From an uncultured Acidobacteriota bacterium (GTDB lineage Bacteria > Acidobacteriota > Thermoanaerobaculia > UBA5066 > DATFVB01): a stretch of DNA of 64,000 bases. The stretch covers positions 928,001 to 992,000 of the forward strand of contig CAWEYG010000003.1 of NCBI GenBank assembly GCA_963813155.1, written 5' to 3'. The position numbers and the translations under genes were made by a program. Of this stretch, positions 38,966 through 49,837 are shown one piece after another; position 1 is the first letter of the stretch, and every line of letters begins with the position of its first letter. The notes below the pieces were generated by a model that made no database searches, was not told the origin of the DNA, and saw only the letters and a program-made list of their open reading frames with translations.

Positions 38966-41149
38966 GTGCCGCCGAAATCTTCTCTCCGGGCTTCCGCCTC
39001 GCCGGCGGGCCTGGGCCATACCAAGCCGAAACACTTCCGGGAAATGGCCCGGGTTGCCTGGGAAAACAGGGACCAGCTTCCCTACGCGTGGAGAATCCTC
39101 CGCCAGGGCACCTGCGACGGCTGCGCGCTCGGCACGTCCGGGATGACGGACTGGACGATTCCCGGAACGCACCTCTGCATGGTCCGGCTGGAGCTGATGC
39201 GAATCAACACGGCTCCCGCCCTCGACCCGAAGGTCCTTCGCGACGTCGGCCGGCTTTCCGCCCTCACCTCCCGCGAGCTGCGCGAGCTGGGCCGCCTGCC
39301 GAGCCCGATGATCCGGCGCGCGGGAGAACCGGGGTTTCGGGAGATCTCGTGGGAGGAGGCCTTCGACGCGGCGGCGGAGAAGATCCGAGCCGCCGACCCG
39401 GGGCGATTTGCCGTCTACCTGACCTCGCGCGGAATCCTGAACGAGCACTATTACGCCGCCCAGAAGGCCGCGCGGTTCCTCGGCACGAATCACGTCGACA
39501 ACTCTGCCCGGCTATGCCACGCGGCCTCGACCGCCGCGATGAAGAAGACGGTCGGGCACGGCGCGACGACGTGCAGCTATTCCGACTGGCTCGGGACCGA
39601 CCTCATCGTCTTCTTCGGAGCCAACGCGGCGAACAACCAGCCCGTGACGATGAAATACCTCGTCGAGGCGCGCCGCCGGGGGGCTCGCGTCGCGGTCGTC
39701 AATCCCTATCGGGAACCGGGACTGGATCGCTACTGGGTCCCCTCGGTTCCCGAGTCGGCGCTGTTCGGCACGAAGATGACCGACGAATGGTTTCCCGTCC
39801 ACACGGGCGGGGACCTGGCCTTCCTGCTGGGAGTCTTCCGGATCCTGTGCGAAGAGGAGTGGATCGACCGGGCATTCATCGAGAAGTCCACTACCGGCTT
39901 CGACGAGGCGCGCGCCGCCGCGCTCCGCGCGCCGTGGGACGCTCTCGAATCGGGCTCGGGAGCGACGCCCGCGGAGATGCGCCGATTCGCGGAAATGCTC
40001 CGCGACGCCCCAAACGCCGTGTTCGTCTGGTCGATGGGCCTGACCCAGCACGTGCACGGAACGCAGACGGTCGAAGCCCTCGTCAACGTCGGTCTCGCCC
40101 GCCACTACGTCGGCCGCGAGAACAACGGCCTCATGCCGATCCGCGGGCACTCCGGCGTGCAGGGAGGCGCCGAGGTCGGCTGCGTGCCGAACCTCGAGCC
40201 CGCGACCCGGGAGCGGTTCCGGCGCTCCTGGGGGTTCGAGCTGCCCGACTCGAAGGGATACTCGGCCGCGGAGCAGGTCGAAGCCGCGGCTCGCGGCGAC
40301 ATCGACGTCTTCTGGATCGTCGGCGGAAATTTTCTGGAGACGCTTCCCGACCCGGCCCGGACGCGAACAGCCCTCGAACGCGCGGGGACGCGTATCCACC
40401 ACGACGTCGTCCTCTCCCCGCAGATGCTCGTTCCCGCGCGGGAGACCGTTCTTCTCTTCCCCGCCACGACGCGGTACGAGTCGCCGGGCGGAGGGACCGA
40501 GACCTCGACCGAACGCCGGATCATTTTCTCGCCGGAAGTCGCGGGGCGGAGGATCGGCGGCGCGAAGCCGGAGTGGGAGGTCTTCGGCGAGGTTGCGCGG
40601 CGAGCTCGCCCCGGCGACGCGAACCTTCTTCGCATCGATTCGTCGGAGCAGCTTCGCGAGGAGATCTCGGCGGCTGTCCCTCTCTACGCGGGAATCGAAC
40701 GCCTGCGGCGAGCGGGAGACCAGTTCCAGTGGGGCGGTTCGCGGCTTTTTTCCGACGGGGTGTTCGCGACCTCCGACGGGAAGGCGAGATTCTCCGCTCT
40801 CGCCGTTCCCGCTCGCGAGCCCCGCCGCCCCTTCCGGCTCTCCACCCGGCGGGGAAAGCAGTTCAATTCGATGGTCCAGCGCGAAGTCGACCCCTTGAAT
40901 GGAGCCAAACGAAGCGACGTTCTGATCTGTCCCTCCGACGCGGCGTCGCTCGGGGTCCGCGAAGGCGAAGGCGTTCGCCTCGTCTCCGACACCGGCAACC
41001 TTCGGGCGACCGTCAAGATCGCCCCGATCAAGGACGGCAACCTCCAGGTCCACTGGCCCGAAGGGCTCGTCCTGCTGCCCGCGGATCGCATCGACCCCGA
41101 GTCTCTCGAGCCCGACTACAACACGACGGTCACCGTCGAAAAGGTGTGA
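38966..41149 (+). CDS. FdhF/YdeP family molybdopterin oxidoreductase
   Basis: CDGCALG, NSARLCH, PIRGHSGVQGG, STRRGKQFNSM; TAGAAT 6 nt before the GTG. Confidence 0.9.
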   Translation: MPPKSSLRASASPAGLGHTKPKHFREMARVAWENRDQLPYAWRILRQGTCDGCALGTSGMTDWTIPGTHLCMVRLELMRINTAPALDPKVLRDVGRLSALTSRELRELGRLPSPMIRRAGEPGFREISWEEAFDAAAEKIRAADPGRFAVYLTSRGILNEHYYAAQKAARFLGTNHVDNSARLCHAASTAAMKKTVGHGATTCSYSDWLGTDLIVFFGANAANNQPVTMKYLVEARRRGARVAVVNPYREPGLDRYWVPSVPESALFGTKMTDEWFPVHTGGDLAFLLGVFRILCEEEWIDRAFIEKSTTGFDEARAAALRAPWDALESGSGATPAEMRRFAEMLRDAPNAVFVWSMGLTQHVHGTQTVEALVNVGLARHYVGRENNGLMPIRGHSGVQGGAEVGCVPNLEPATRERFRRSWGFELPDSKGYSAAEQVEAAARGDIDVFWIVGGNFLETLPDPARTRTALERAGTRIHHDVVLSPQMLVPARETVLLFPATTRYESPGGGTETSTERRIIFSPEVAGRRIGGAKPEWEVFGEVARRARPGDANLLRIDSSEQLREEISAAVPLYAGIERLRRAGDQFQWGGSRLFSDGVFATSDGKARFSALAVPAREPRRPFRLSTRRGKQFNSMVQREVDPLNGAKRSDVLICPSDAASLGVREGEGVRLVSDTGNLRATVKIAPIKDGNLQVHWPEGLVLLPADRIDPESLEPDYNTTVTVEKV

Positions 41150-41174
41150 TGTACGATTCCAAAGGAGGAAGCGC

Positions 41175-41765
41175 ATGAGATTCATTCTCGGAGTCATCGT
41201 CGGCATCGGCGGTTTTCTCGCGGTCGGATACTTCGCCGCGACGAGCGGGCGCATCAGCGTCGCCGCGACGAACCACGGGGGAATCAACGACGCGATCGAT
41301 CACTGGCTCGGCGAGGTTTCCGATCGGTCGATCGAGAAGCACGCCCCGCAGAAGACCAATCCCTTCGCGAACGATCCCGCCGCGCTTGCCGTGGGCCTGT
41401 CTCACTACAAGGAAAACTGCCTCGATTGTCACGGGGCCCGGTCCCTCGACGGCGCGGAGTTCTCGAAGGGCCTCAACCCCGCTCCTCCGATGCTCGACAT
41501 GAAGGGGACCCAGAAGATGAGCGATGGCCAGCTGTTCTGGATCGTCTCGAACGGCATCCGGATGACGGGCATGCCGGCATTTTCCCCCACGCATTCCGAG
41601 GCCGAGATCTGGAAGATCGTGGCCTTCGTCCACCACCTCCCGCAATTGACCGACGCCGAGGTCGCGAAGCTCAAGCAGGGACGGGAAGAGCCGGAAGAAC
41701 ACCACAAGGAGGCGGGCGGCGCTGCCGGCGAAAACATCCATCCCGAGGGCGCGGCGCACTCCTAG
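41175..41765 (+). CDS. membrane-anchored monoheme cytochrome c
   Basis: N-terminal TM, CLDCH, GIRMTGMPAF. Confidence 0.88.
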   Translation: MRFILGVIVGIGGFLAVGYFAATSGRISVAATNHGGINDAIDHWLGEVSDRSIEKHAPQKTNPFANDPAALAVGLSHYKENCLDCHGARSLDGAEFSKGLNPAPPMLDMKGTQKMSDGQLFWIVSNGIRMTGMPAFSPTHSEAEIWKIVAFVHHLPQLTDAEVAKLKQGREEPEEHHKEAGGAAGENIHPEGAAHS

Positions 41766-41782
41766 CCCGTCGCGCGCACCCG

Positions 41783-42934
41783 ATGCCCGTCCCCTTCTCT
41801 CCCGAAGAGCTCCGCCGCTATTCCCGGCATCTCCTCATGCCCGAGGTCGGACTGGCCGGGCAGCAGAAGCTCCGGGCGGCGCGCGTGTTGTGCGTCGGAG
41901 CGGGAGGCCTCGGATCGCCGCTTGCGCTCTACCTCGCGGCGGCCGGCGTGGGAACGCTCGGAATGGTGGACTTCGATGTCGTTGAGGAATCCAACCTCCA
42001 CCGCCAGATTCTTTACGGCACGAGAGACGTCGGCCGCCGGAAGCTGCAGTCGGCGGAAGAAAGGATCCGTGACGCCAATCCGCACGTCCGCTTCGTCCCG
42101 TTCGAGCAAAGACTGACCTCGGCGAACGCGCTCGAGATCTTCCGCCAGTTCGACGTCGTTGCGGACGGCACCGACAACTTCCCCACCCGCTACCTCATCA
42201 ATGACGCCTGCGTGATGACGGGCAAGCCGAACGTCTACGCTTCGATCTATCGGTTCGAGGGGCAGGCGTCGGTCTTCGCCGCGCCCGGCGGGCCCTGCTA
42301 CCGCTGCCTCTACCCCGAGCCGCCGCCTCCCGGAATGGTTCCCTCGTGCGCGGAAGGAGGAGTCCTCGGGATCCTGCCCGGCCTGCTCGGCGTCATCCAG
42401 GCAACCGAGACCGTGAAGCTCGTCCTCGGCGCGGGCTCGTCGCTCGTCGGCCGCCTGCTGCTCGTCGACGCCCTCGGCATGAAGTTTCGCGAAGTCAGGC
42501 TCCGGAAAAACCCCGACTGCGTCGTCTGCGGGCCGAGCCCGTCCGTTCGCGAGCTCGTCGACTACGAGGCGTTCTGCGGTGTCTCGAACGTGGGAGCGGA
42601 GCGGGTCCCCGAGGGAGTGCCGTCGGTGAGCGTGGAGGATCTCAAGAAGGAGATCGATGGCGGCGAGAAGCTCGTCATCCTCGACGTGCGGGAGCCCCAC
42701 GAAATCGAAATCAGCTCGCTGCCCGGCTCAGTCAGAATCCCCCTCGGCTCGCTCCCGGAGAACCTGAACCGCCTTTCGACCGCGGACGAAATCGTCGTCC
42801 ACTGCCGCACGGGAGCGCGAAGCGCCCGCGCCGTCGAGCTCCTTCGGCAGTCGGGATTCCGGAAGGTCCGAAACCTCACGGGCGGAATCGACCGGTGGGC
42901 GCAGGCGATCGACCCGACGATGGCGAGGTATTGA
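41783..42934 (+). CDS. moeB: molybdopterin-synthase adenylyltransferase with rhodanese domain (MoeB/MoeZ)
   Basis: RYSRH, GAGGLG, SNLHRQ, CYRC, SCAEGGVLG, rhodanese HCRTGARS. Confidence 0.93.
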   Translation: MPVPFSPEELRRYSRHLLMPEVGLAGQQKLRAARVLCVGAGGLGSPLALYLAAAGVGTLGMVDFDVVEESNLHRQILYGTRDVGRRKLQSAEERIRDANPHVRFVPFEQRLTSANALEIFRQFDVVADGTDNFPTRYLINDACVMTGKPNVYASIYRFEGQASVFAAPGGPCYRCLYPEPPPPGMVPSCAEGGVLGILPGLLGVIQATETVKLVLGAGSSLVGRLLLVDALGMKFREVRLRKNPDCVVCGPSPSVRELVDYEAFCGVSNVGAERVPEGVPSVSVEDLKKEIDGGEKLVILDVREPHEIEISSLPGSVRIPLGSLPENLNRLSTADEIVVHCRTGARSARAVELLRQSGFRKVRNLTGGIDRWAQAIDPTMARY

Positions 42935-42941
42935 GCGCGCG

Positions 42942-43017
42942 TGGTGCCCAGGGACGGAATTGAACCGCCGACGCAGGGATTTTCAGTCCCTCGCTCTACC
43001 GACTGAGCTACCTGGGC
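42942..43017 (-). tRNA. tRNA-Phe (GAA)
   Basis: GCCCAGGTAGCTCAG...GGGA-CTGAAAA-TCCC...GGTTCAATT...GGGCACCA. Confidence 0.97.
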
Positions 43018-43168
43018 AAAGGCGCGAGCCGACAAGACTCCAGTCGCGAGGCGGGCAAAATAACAGAGGGGCATCCCCCCGTCAATCCGGGGTAAGCTTT
43101 CCGGGAATGCGCTCGACAGCCGAAACGTTTTGCAGCCTGACCGAAAACCGTCGTTCAGCGGAGGATTT

Positions 43169-44089
43169 TTGAAAACAACCACCATCGCCGCCGCTCTCAT
43201 CGCGGCCTCCTTCGCGGGCCCCGTGTTCGCGCAGAACGCCCCTCCCGCGCCGCAATCCGCCGCGCCGGCGCCGGCCGCCGCAACGATCGCGCCGCCGGGC
43301 GTTCCCGGCCGCGCGATCTGGGCGAAGACTTACGACGAAGCGCTTCAGCGCGCGAAGGACCAGGGAAAAGTCGTGTTCGTCGAGTTCGCCCAGAAAAAAT
43401 GCGGAAACTGCTTCCGGATGGATGGACTCCTCTATCCGTCCGTCAACTTCGAGATGGCGCTTCTCCGGATGGTGCCGGTCAAGCTCGACCTCGATGGCGT
43501 CGAAGCCGCGCCGCTCAAGAACCGGTATCAGATCAACCAGACGCCCGCGATTCTCGTCGTTTCGCCCGGAGGCGCTCTGATTTTTCGAATGGTCGGGTTC
43601 GACAGCGACCGAGCCTTCTACACTCACCTCCACAATTCGATGACCGACTGGGACCATCTGAACGTGAAGCTCATCCACGAGCCGGAAACGATCAACGACC
43701 CGAAAGCCGAGCTCCAGCTGGGAATGGAGCTGTTCCGGCGCTTCGATTCCGAAGAAGCAATCCCGCGTCTCCAACGCGCCGCTTCGCCGAAGGCCCCGGC
43801 CGCCACCCGGGAGGAAGCCCTCGCGTATCTCGCCTCGGCGCAGATGGAGCGCGAGCGCTTCGCGGAGGCGGGAGCCACGGTTGACACTCTCCTCAAGATC
43901 ACGAAAAACGCCGGACAGCGCGAGAAGGCCGAGCTCTTCCGGGCTCAGCTCGCGCTCGCCCAGGGCAAGCGCGACGAGGCGCGGCGGGAGTTTCAGGCTT
44001 TCCTGACCCGTCACCCCGAGAGCAAGCTCAAGGACCAGGCGAAGACGTACCTCGATCAGATGGGCTCCGATCAGCCGAAATCGGAATGA
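43169..44089 (+). CDS. secreted thioredoxin-fold protein with TPR-like C-terminus
   Basis: Signal peptide, CGNC, cis-Pro QTP, helical TPR-like tail; GGAGGA before the TTG. Confidence 0.75.
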   Translation: MKTTTIAAALIAASFAGPVFAQNAPPAPQSAAPAPAAATIAPPGVPGRAIWAKTYDEALQRAKDQGKVVFVEFAQKKCGNCFRMDGLLYPSVNFEMALLRMVPVKLDLDGVEAAPLKNRYQINQTPAILVVSPGGALIFRMVGFDSDRAFYTHLHNSMTDWDHLNVKLIHEPETINDPKAELQLGMELFRRFDSEEAIPRLQRAASPKAPAATREEALAYLASAQMERERFAEAGATVDTLLKITKNAGQREKAELFRAQLALAQGKRDEARREFQAFLTRHPESKLKDQAKTYLDQMGSDQPKSE

Positions 44090-45831
44090 AGACCCTCGCC
44101 GCCGCACTCCTGCTCGTCGGCGGATCGCTTTCCGCGCAGCCCGCGGCATCGCTCGTCGAAGTCCGGGCGTCCGTTTCGCCCGCCACCGTCGCCCCGGGCG
44201 GGACCTTCTCCCTCGTCGTCGCGGCGAATCTCCGCGCCGGGTGGCACGTGAATGCCCACCAGCCCTCGGAGGATTACCTGATCGCCACCAACGTGGCCCT
44301 CGAGCCGCCCGCCGGAATCACGTTTTCCGAGCTCCACTACCCTGCAGCGAAACAGGTGAAATTCTCGTTCGCCGAAAAGCCGCTCGCCGTCTACGAAGGC
44401 ACGATCACCGTTACCGGGCAGGGCGCGGTCACTTCGACTTCCGCGGCAGGGCCTCGCGAAATCGCCGGAACGTTTTCCTATCAACCCTGCAATGACAAGC
44501 AGTGCCTGGCCCCCGCCCGGGTGCCCTTCCGTGCCTCGATCTCCGTGGCCCCGGCCGCACGGAGAGGCGCGGGCGCAGGACCGACCTCGGCGTCCAGGCC
44601 CGCTGGACCCGGCGACGCGGCGAACGGCGGTGCGGATCTCGCGGCCGTGCTCTCGTCGAAAGGCCTCGCCCTGTTCTTCGCATTTCTCTTTTTGGGGGGA
44701 CTCGCGCTCAACCTGACGCCGTGCGTCTACCCGATCATTCCGATCACGATCGGGTTCTTCGGCGGGCAGTCGGCGGGGAAAGCGGGCCGGCCTTTCGGCC
44801 TCGCGTCGGTCTACGTCCTCGGAATGGCGCTGACGTATTCGGCGCTCGGCGTTGCGGCGGCGCTTTCGGGCAAGCTTTTTGGCTCAGCCCTTCAGTCGCC
44901 ATGGGTGCTCGCCGGAATCGCGGCCGTGCTCGTCGCCCTCTCGCTTTCCATGTTCGGCCTGTACGACATCAATCCGCCGCGCTTCCTGATGAACCGCGCG
45001 GGAGCGAAAACCGGAATCGGCGGCGCGTTCGGAATGGGATTGCTCGTCGGGGTCGTGGCGGCGCCCTGCCTGGGCCCTTTCGTTCTGGGCCTGCTGACGT
45101 TCGTCGCGGCAAGGCGCGATCCTCTTCTCGGATTCGCGATGTTTTTCGTTCTCTCTCTCGGCCTGGGCCTTCCGTACCTCTTCCTGGCGACGTTTTCCGG
45201 CGCGCTCGCGAAGCTTCCGAAAGCGGGCGCCTGGATGGTCGAGATCAAGAAGGTCTTCGGTTTCGTTCTTCTCGCGATGGCGGCGTATTTCCTCAAGACC
45301 GTTCTCCCGGAGCCGCTGCGGAGCTGGCTGCTTCCGGCGATTCTCGCGATCGGGGGGGCCTTCGTCCTCGTCGGCATTCTGAAGGCCCGAGTTCCCGGCG
45401 TCGCCCGCGCGGCCGTCGCGGGAAGCGGCATCGTTCTTCTCGCGGGGGCCGCGCATTTCACTCCCCGTCCCGCCGCCGGGGCGGCGCGTCTGGCTTTCCA
45501 GCCGTTTCACGCGAGCGCCGGAGCCGCCGGTGGCCGGCCGTCGATGATCGATTTCGCCGCCGACTGGTGCATTCCATGCCACGAGCTCGAGGACGTGACC
45601 TTCGCCGATCCGCGGGTACGCCAGGCTCTTTCCGGGATGACGCTCTACAAGGCCGACATGACGCGCGGCGACTCGCCCGAGGCGATCGACCTCTCCGGAC
45701 GCTTCGGAATCGTCGGCATGCCGACGATCGTTTTTCTCGACGCCGGCGGAAAAGAAGTCCCCGGTTCGCGCCTCGTCGGCTTCGAGCCTCCGGACCGGTT
45801 TCTCGAGCGCGTCGCGAAGCTGGGGTCCTGA
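44086..45831 (+). CDS. dsbD: thiol:disulfide interchange protein DsbD
   Basis: YQPCNDKQC, LTPCVYP, AAPCLGP, ADWCIPC. Confidence 0.92.
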   Translation: MKTLAAALLLVGGSLSAQPAASLVEVRASVSPATVAPGGTFSLVVAANLRAGWHVNAHQPSEDYLIATNVALEPPAGITFSELHYPAAKQVKFSFAEKPLAVYEGTITVTGQGAVTSTSAAGPREIAGTFSYQPCNDKQCLAPARVPFRASISVAPAARRGAGAGPTSASRPAGPGDAANGGADLAAVLSSKGLALFFAFLFLGGLALNLTPCVYPIIPITIGFFGGQSAGKAGRPFGLASVYVLGMALTYSALGVAAALSGKLFGSALQSPWVLAGIAAVLVALSLSMFGLYDINPPRFLMNRAGAKTGIGGAFGMGLLVGVVAAPCLGPFVLGLLTFVAARRDPLLGFAMFFVLSLGLGLPYLFLATFSGALAKLPKAGAWMVEIKKVFGFVLLAMAAYFLKTVLPEPLRSWLLPAILAIGGAFVLVGILKARVPGVARAAVAGSGIVLLAGAAHFTPRPAAGAARLAFQPFHASAGAAGGRPSMIDFAADWCIPCHELEDVTFADPRVRQALSGMTLYKADMTRGDSPEAIDLSGRFGIVGMPTIVFLDAGGKEVPGSRLVGFEPPDRFLERVAKLGS

Positions 45832-45849
45832 CCGGAACCTGGCAGCCTG

Positions 45850-46557
45850 CTAGACCTTTCCCAGCTTCTCGAGCGTCGCGCGGGCCGCCTGGCGCTGGGC
45901 CTCTTTCTTGGAGGGCCCGTACCCCTGAGCGAACGCCTCTCCGTTCCAGACGACCTGGATCAGAAACGTTTTTTCGTGGTCCGGCCCCGATTCCTCGACG
46001 ACGCGGTACTCGGGAAGCGGAAGGCCGAGCCGCTGAGCGGTTTCCTGGAGGGACGTCTTGTAATCCTGAAACGACAGATCCGCGAGGTTGATCGCGGCGA
46101 CGTCGGACTCGAACACGCGGGAGATGAAAGGGCCCACGGCGGGGAGGCCCCCGTCCAGATAGATGGCCGCGAAGATCGCCTCCATCGCGTCCGCGAGGAG
46201 CGAGTCCTTGCTCGACCCCCCGGATCGCGCTTCGCCGGAGCCGAGGCGCAGGAAGGTCCCGAGGTCGAGATCTTTCGCCTTCTGGGACAGCGTCGCGGCG
46301 GATACCAGGTGCGCCTTGATTTTCGAGAGCGATCCTTCCTGGAGCGCGGGAAAGCTCTTGAAGATCAGCTCCCCGATGACGAATCCCAGCACCGCATCCC
46401 CCAGGAATTCGAGAGTCTCGTTGTGCTGGACGCGCGGCGCGCGGTTCTCGTTCGCGTAGGACCGATGCGTCAGCGCCCGCATGAGCATCGCCGGATCGCG
46501 GAAGGTGTAGCCCAGACGCCGTTCGAGCGCGCTCCAGGGCTGGCGGGATGCGTTCAC
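45850..46557 (-). CDS. rnc: ribonuclease III
   Basis: [19 protein letters not shown], ds[11 protein letters not shown]...[10 protein letters not shown]. Confidence 0.95.
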   Translation of the reverse strand: MNASRQPWSALERRLGYTFRDPAMLMRALTHRSYANENRAPRVQHNETLEFLGDAVLGFVIGELIFKSFPALQEGSLSKIKAHLVSAATLSQKAKDLDLGTFLRLGSGEARSGGSSKDSLLADAMEAIFAAIYLDGGLPAVGPFISRVFESDVAAINLADLSFQDYKTSLQETAQRLGLPLPEYRVVEESGPDHEKTFLIQVVWNGEAFAQGYGPSKKEAQRQAARATLEKLGKV

Positions 46558-49062
46558 GCGGACCTCTCCTCGCGCTCCAGAAGGGCACGGAGCTCCTCCG
46601 GCGGGATCGGACGACAGAAGAGAAACCCCTGCATTCCATCGCACCCGAGAGCCCGCAGAATCTCGCGCTGCTCCTCGGTTTCCACCCCCTCCGCGATCAC
46701 GCGAAGCCCGATCCCGTGCGCCAGATCGATCACCGCCCGCACGACCGCGCCGTCCTTTCGATCCGCGACCATCTCGCGAACGAAAGCCCGGTCGATCTTG
46801 AGCGTGTCGAGGGGAAATCGCTTCAGGTAACCCAGGGAAGAATAGCCCGTCCCGAAGTCATCCATCGTGATGCCGAGGCCGAGATTCTTGAGGCGCCGGA
46901 GAGTCGAAAGCACCTGCTCGGCATTGTCCATCGCGACGCTCTCGGTGATTTCGAGGTCCAGCAAGGAAGGATTGAGGCCCGCATCGTCCAGCGTCTCCGC
47001 GATCTGCGACACGAGCCCCTGCTGCTGAAACTGCCGCGCCGACAGGTTCACCGACATCCGGATGGAAGGAAGGCCCGCGTCGAGCCATTCCCGCAGCTGG
47101 CGGCACGCCGTTCGAAGAACCCAGGCTCCGATCGGAAGGATCAGGCCCGTCTCCTCCGCGAGAGGGATGAATTCCGAAGGCGGAGTGAGGCCGTCCGGCG
47201 ATCGCTTCCAGTAGATCAGAGCTTCCACTCCCTCGACCTTCGACGTCGCCAGATTGATCTGCGGCTGGTAGAGCAAGGTGAATTCGTCGTTGCGAAGCGC
47301 CGCTCGAACGTCATTCTCCAGCTTCATCCGGACCTGTGCCCGTTCGTTGAGCTCCCGCGTGTAGAGTTGATAATTGTCGCGGCCGCGCTCCTTGGCCCGG
47401 TACATCGCGATATCGGCGTTCCGCACGAGCGTCTCGGCGTCGTGACCGTCGAACGGATACAGGCTCACGCCGATGCTCGCGGTTATGAACAGCTCCTGCC
47501 CGCCGACCTCGAAAGATTTCTTGAAGCTGTTCAGAATTCGTTCCGCGATTCTGACCGCGTCGGCCACTTGCATCACGTTCGGGATCAGCAGAATGAACTC
47601 GTCGCCACCCAGCCGGGCGAGCGTGTCCCCTTCCCACAGCAGGGCCTGAATGCGCGCGGCGATCTCCCGCAGCAACTGATCGCCGATGGAGTGGCCGAGC
47701 GAGTCGTTGATGACCTTGAACCGGTCGAGGTCGACGAAAAAGACGGCCAGGCCCCCGCCGACCCGATGAGCCTGGGCGACGGACAGGGTCAGGCGATCCT
47801 GGAAGAGAAGGCGATTCGGGAGATCGGTCAGCGGATCGTGAAACGCGAGGTGCTTGATCTGCTCCTCGGCGCGCTTGCTCTCGATCGCGGCCGCGACATG
47901 CTGCGACACGAAAGTCAGCAGCTCCGTCTCCTTCTCCGTGAAGCGGGTCTTTTCGGTGTAGCTCTGGACGACGATCGCGCCGAACGTGCGCCCGCCGCTC
48001 CTCAGGGGCGCTCCCAGCCAGTCGATCGAAGGCGAGCCCACGGGCTCCACCTCGCCGCGAGCGAGCAGCTCGTCGAACACCTCCGGGGGCGCGAGGAGGG
48101 GCTGGCCCGTTCGGAGGACGAGCTCCGTCAGTCCCTTCTTGAGAGGCCGTCGGCGGGGGCTGCGCGTCGTGCTCGTCGACCAGATAGGGGAAGCTCAGCG
48201 TGCCCGCCGCGGCATCGTGAAGGGCGATGTAGAAGTTCCGGGCGTCCATGAGCTCCCCGACGATTCGGTGGACTGCGCCGTAGACCTCGCCGAGGTCGGT
48301 CGCTGCCGCCGTCTCCTCCGCAATGCGGTAGAGCGCCGACTGAAGTTTCTCGGACTTTCGGCGTTCGGTGACATCCAGGAGCGTGCCGACGACCGCGGGA
48401 CTTCCGCCGTACTCCATCAACGAGCAGAGGACCTCGACGTCGATTTCGGTTCCGTCGTTCCTTCGGCCGCGAAACGCGGAGTGAAGGCTTTCGGCGGAGC
48501 CGTCCACCTGATGGAGCAGGAACTCCGTCACCGCCGACCGGTCGCCCGGCGCCACGACCTCGGAAATGGGGCGAGCGGTCAGTTCCTCCGCGCTGAAGCC
48601 GAAGATTTCGGCCATCTTCGGGTTCGCGTACACGAACACGCCCTCGCGGGCGATGAAGACGCCCGACAACGATCCCTCGACGAGCGTCCTGTACTTGGAT
48701 TCCGCTTCGCGGAGCGCCGTCGTGTCGTGAACGATCGAATGAAGAACCGTCCGCCCCTCGAGATCGATCGGGCTCGAGTGCACCTCGATGTCGCGAATCT
48801 CCCCGGACGCGAGCCGATGCATGAAGTGGAAGGAGTTTCGCTGTTCCGCGACCGCCCGCCGGAGCTCCCGCTGGATCTCTTCGGGCGAGGCCGTGTTGAG
48901 ATGGCCGATCGATTTCGTCTTCAGCTCCTCGCGCGAATAGCCGTAATACTCGCAAGCGGCCGGGTTCGCGTCCAGGATGCGGCCGGTTTCGGGGTCGAGC
49001 AGCAGCTGCACGGCGCGGTTGCGCTCGAACATCTGCCGAAAGATGTCCGCCGGCCGGCTCAT
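46554..49062 (-). CDS. PAS-PAS-GAF-GGDEF-EAL signalling protein (frameshift near 48140)
   Basis: Two PAS domains and a GAF domain in one frame; intact GGDEF, EAL and DDFGTGYSS in the next. Confidence 0.88.
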
Positions 49063-49832
49063 CGTCGGACGAAGAGCCTCTCGAAGTTCGAGCTCGTCGC
49101 CGCCGCGACTTCTTCGAGCGCGGCCCCTTTCACCTCCGCGAGCTTTCGAGCCGTCTCGACGACGAAGGCGGGCTCGCACCGCTTTCCCCGGTGGGGAACG
49201 GGAGCCAGAAACGGAGCGTCGGTTTCGACGAGCATCTCGGACAGCGGGAGCCCGCGCGCGCTCTCCCGGATGTTCTCGGCGCCCTTGAACGTCAGCATCC
49301 CGGAGAACGAAATCCTGTAGCCGAGACCGATCGCCCGGAGGCCAAAATCCGAGTCCTCGGTGAACGAGTGGAAGACGCCCGCGTTCTCGCGCGGCCCGGA
49401 GGCTTCGAGAATCTCCAGCATCACGGCGCCGGACTCTCGGTTGTGGAGGAGCGCCGGCAGGGAGTGTTCCCGGGCGAACCCGAGCTGCGCCCGAAAACCG
49501 GCGAGCTGGGCCTCGCGCGCGGAGTGCTCGTAGTGAAAATCCAATCCGATCTCCCCGATCGCGACGGTCTTGCGCGAAGCGAGCAGACCCTCCAGAATCT
49601 TCAAATCGCGATCCGGATCGAACTCCGCGGTCTCGTGGGGATGGACGCCGACGGCCGCAAAGAGGCGATCGTCGCCTTCTGCGAGCTCCACCGCCCTCCT
49701 CGAGTCTTCCACGGTGGTTCCGGGGATCAGCACCCGGCCGACGCCGGCCTGTTCCGCGCGCGAGAGAACGTCGTGCAGCTCCGCGGGGGGCAGCATCTGG
49801 ACGTGGCCGTGCGAGTCGCAGAGCATTCCCAT
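49059..49832 (-). CDS. tatD: TatD family nuclease
   Basis: DSHGH, GVHPH, GEIGLD, HSF, ETDAPFL. Confidence 0.93.
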   Translation of the reverse strand: MGMLCDSHGHVQMLPPAELHDVLSRAEQAGVGRVLIPGTTVEDSRRAVELAEGDDRLFAAVGVHPHETAEFDPDRDLKILEGLLASRKTVAIGEIGLDFHYEHSAREAQLAGFRAQLGFAREHSLPALLHNRESGAVMLEILEASGPRENAGVFHSFTEDSDFGLRAIGLGYRISFSGMLTFKGAENIRESARGLPLSEMLVETDAPFLAPVPHRGKRCEPAFVVETARKLAEVKGAALEEVAAATSSNFERLFVRR

Positions 49833-49837
49833 CCGGC

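Noticed and set aside
42942-43017. tRNA-Phe as the island integration site
   Set aside because: No duplicated tRNA 3' end or integrase seen, and it lies 8 kb from the redox island with housekeeping genes between
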